Origin: Chitinophagales bacterium
GTDB taxonomy: Bacteria > Bacteroidota > Bacteroidia > Chitinophagales > LD1
DNA: 64,000 nucleotides
Assembly (NCBI GenBank): GCA_016786765.1
Contig: JAEUUZ010000017.1
Coordinates: forward strand, 104,077 to 168,076
Direction of reading: 5' to 3'
Of this stretch, positions 63,148-64,000 are shown piece by piece. The notes beneath the pieces are model-generated. The model worked only from the letters and a program-made list of their open reading frames with translations, was not told the origin of the DNA and did no database searches. The first letter of the stretch is position 1. The number at the start of each line of letters is the position of its first letter. The translations under genes and the position numbers were made by a program.

Positions 63148-64000
63148 TGAAAATATGCCTTATCCGACCTTCCCGTTTCATGGTGCTAAGTGCTATTACT
63201 ATGAACCCGGCTCCTCCCTTAGGGTTGGCCTTTGTTGCGGCTGTACTAAGGGCTGAAGGTCACCAAGTAAAGGTTATTGATAGCATAGCGGAAGCACCCA
63301 ATCAAATTAACCCTTTAGTTGATAAATATGTTTCGAATGGCTTAAGTATGGCCGAAATTGCTGCTCTTATTCCAGAGGATACCGATGTTATAGGAGTGAG
63401 TTGTATGTTTTCTATGAATTGGATAGTAGACCGAGCACTAATCGATTTTCTAGGAGAAAAATTCCCCAAAGCTGTGCTTATTGCCGGAGGTGAACATATA
63501 ACGGCAGCGCCAGATTTCTCATTACAGCAAGCAAAAAATTTGCAAGTTAGTGTATTGGGCGAGGCCGAAGAAACAATTGTGGAACTAATAAAAGCGTTTG
63601 AGTTCAAAACGGCACTTAGCAACGTAAAAGGAATTGTTTTTAAGGATGATCAAGGGAAATGCATTCATACAGAAAAACGGAACCGAATAAAAACCCTAGA
63701 CGAAATTCCTTATCCCGCATGGGATTTATTACCGGTAGAAGCCTATCAGGAAAATAATATGGTTTATGGTGTTACAAAAGAACGATCTTTACCTATTCTT
63801 GCCTCCAGAGGTTGTCCATATACTTGCACATTTTGCTCTAACCCGGTAATGTGGGGGAAGAAGTACACCATTAGAACGCCCCAACAAGTTGCAACCGAAA
63901 TCGAATTTCTGTATACTCAATTTCAAATCAAAAATTTCGATTTTTTTGATCTTACGGCTATTCTCAAAAAGGATTGGGTAGTAGAGTTTTCTTCAGAGAT
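63144..64000 (+). CDS. B12-binding-domain radical SAM enzyme, paralogue C (3'-truncated by window end; absent from ORF track)
   Basis: My own translation from the ATG at 63144 (ATGA overlap with the previous stop): 'MMKICLIRPSRFMVLSAITMNPAPPLGLAFVAAVLRAEGHQVKVIDS...CMFSMNW...IAGGEH...GEAEETIVEL...ASRGCPYTCTFCSN...NFDFFDLTAI'. The frame stays open to position 64000. Confidence 0.85.
   Translation, partial: MMKICLIRPSRFMVLSAITMNPAPPLGLAFVAAVLRAEGHQVKVIDSIAEAPNQINPLVDKYVSNGLSMAEIAALIPEDTDVIGVSCMFSMNWIVDRALIDFLGEKFPKAVLIAGGEHITAAPDFSLQQAKNLQVSVLGEAEETIVELIKAFEFKTALSNVKGIVFKDDQGKCIHTEKRNRIKTLDEIPYPAWDLLPVEAYQENNMVYGVTKERSLPILASRGCPYTCTFCSNPVMWGKKYTIRTPQQVATEIEFLYTQFQIKNFDFFDLTAILKKDWVVEFSSE

Noticed and set aside
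1-64000. Mobile elements, CRISPR arrays, tRNA/rRNA genes and defence-system hallmarks
   Set aside because: I scanned both strands by eye and through the ORF track. I found no transposase, integrase or recombinase motifs, no direct-repeat/spacer arrays, no tRNA-like cloverleaf-sized GC-rich islands and no nuclease/ATPase defence pairs.

Overview
AT-rich window that looks like a Bacteroidota chromosome, because one product carries a T9SS type-A C-terminal sorting domain. I see about 49 protein-coding genes. I found no rRNA, tRNA, CRISPR array, transposase or integrase by eye. Almost the whole 64 kb reads as one very compact cell-envelope glycoconjugate/tailoring mega-locus. Co-directional genes often overlap by 1-47 nt, and four convergent gene pairs overlap at their 3' ends. 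Content: (1) 10 radical-SAM genes in three architectures: 4 with an N-terminal twitch/SPASM-like Cys motif, 2 classical C-terminal SPASM, and 4 with a B12-binding-type domain. One of the B12 type is a truncated ORF at 63144-64000 that is missing from the supplied ORF track. (2) 10 genes (11 domains) of non-haem Fe(II)/2OG-type oxygenases: 6 PhyH genes including a fused double-PhyH, 2 AspH/LpxO-like, 1 JmjC/cupin-8-like, 1 P4H-like. (3) 5 membrane-anchored SGNH/GDSL proteins. (4) 6 GT-A/GT-B glycosyltransferases and 4 GT-C-like polytopic membrane proteins, one fused to TPRs. (5) 2 AsnB-type amidotransferases. (6) An operon of PP-loop sugar amidotransferase, nitrilase-family hydrolase and carbamoyltransferase. 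(7) A DegT aminotransferase, an extended-SDR epimerase, a UbiA prenyltransferase with a membrane-anchored methyltransferase, an orphan Wzt/TagH-like ABC ATPase and two c-type cytochromes. (8) A secreted collagen-like/tail-fibre-like T9SS protein embedded in the middle. I could not recognise any Wzx/Wzy/Wzm/Wza/Wzc, WbaP/WecA-type initiating transferase, NRPS/PKS or obvious RiPP precursor. The scaffold that this unusually large radical plus oxidative tailoring set acts on is therefore not evident. Candidates are a polyprenyl-linked glycan, a membrane lipid, or the embedded collagen-like fibre. All family calls come from motifs read by eye; no database searches or computations were run.
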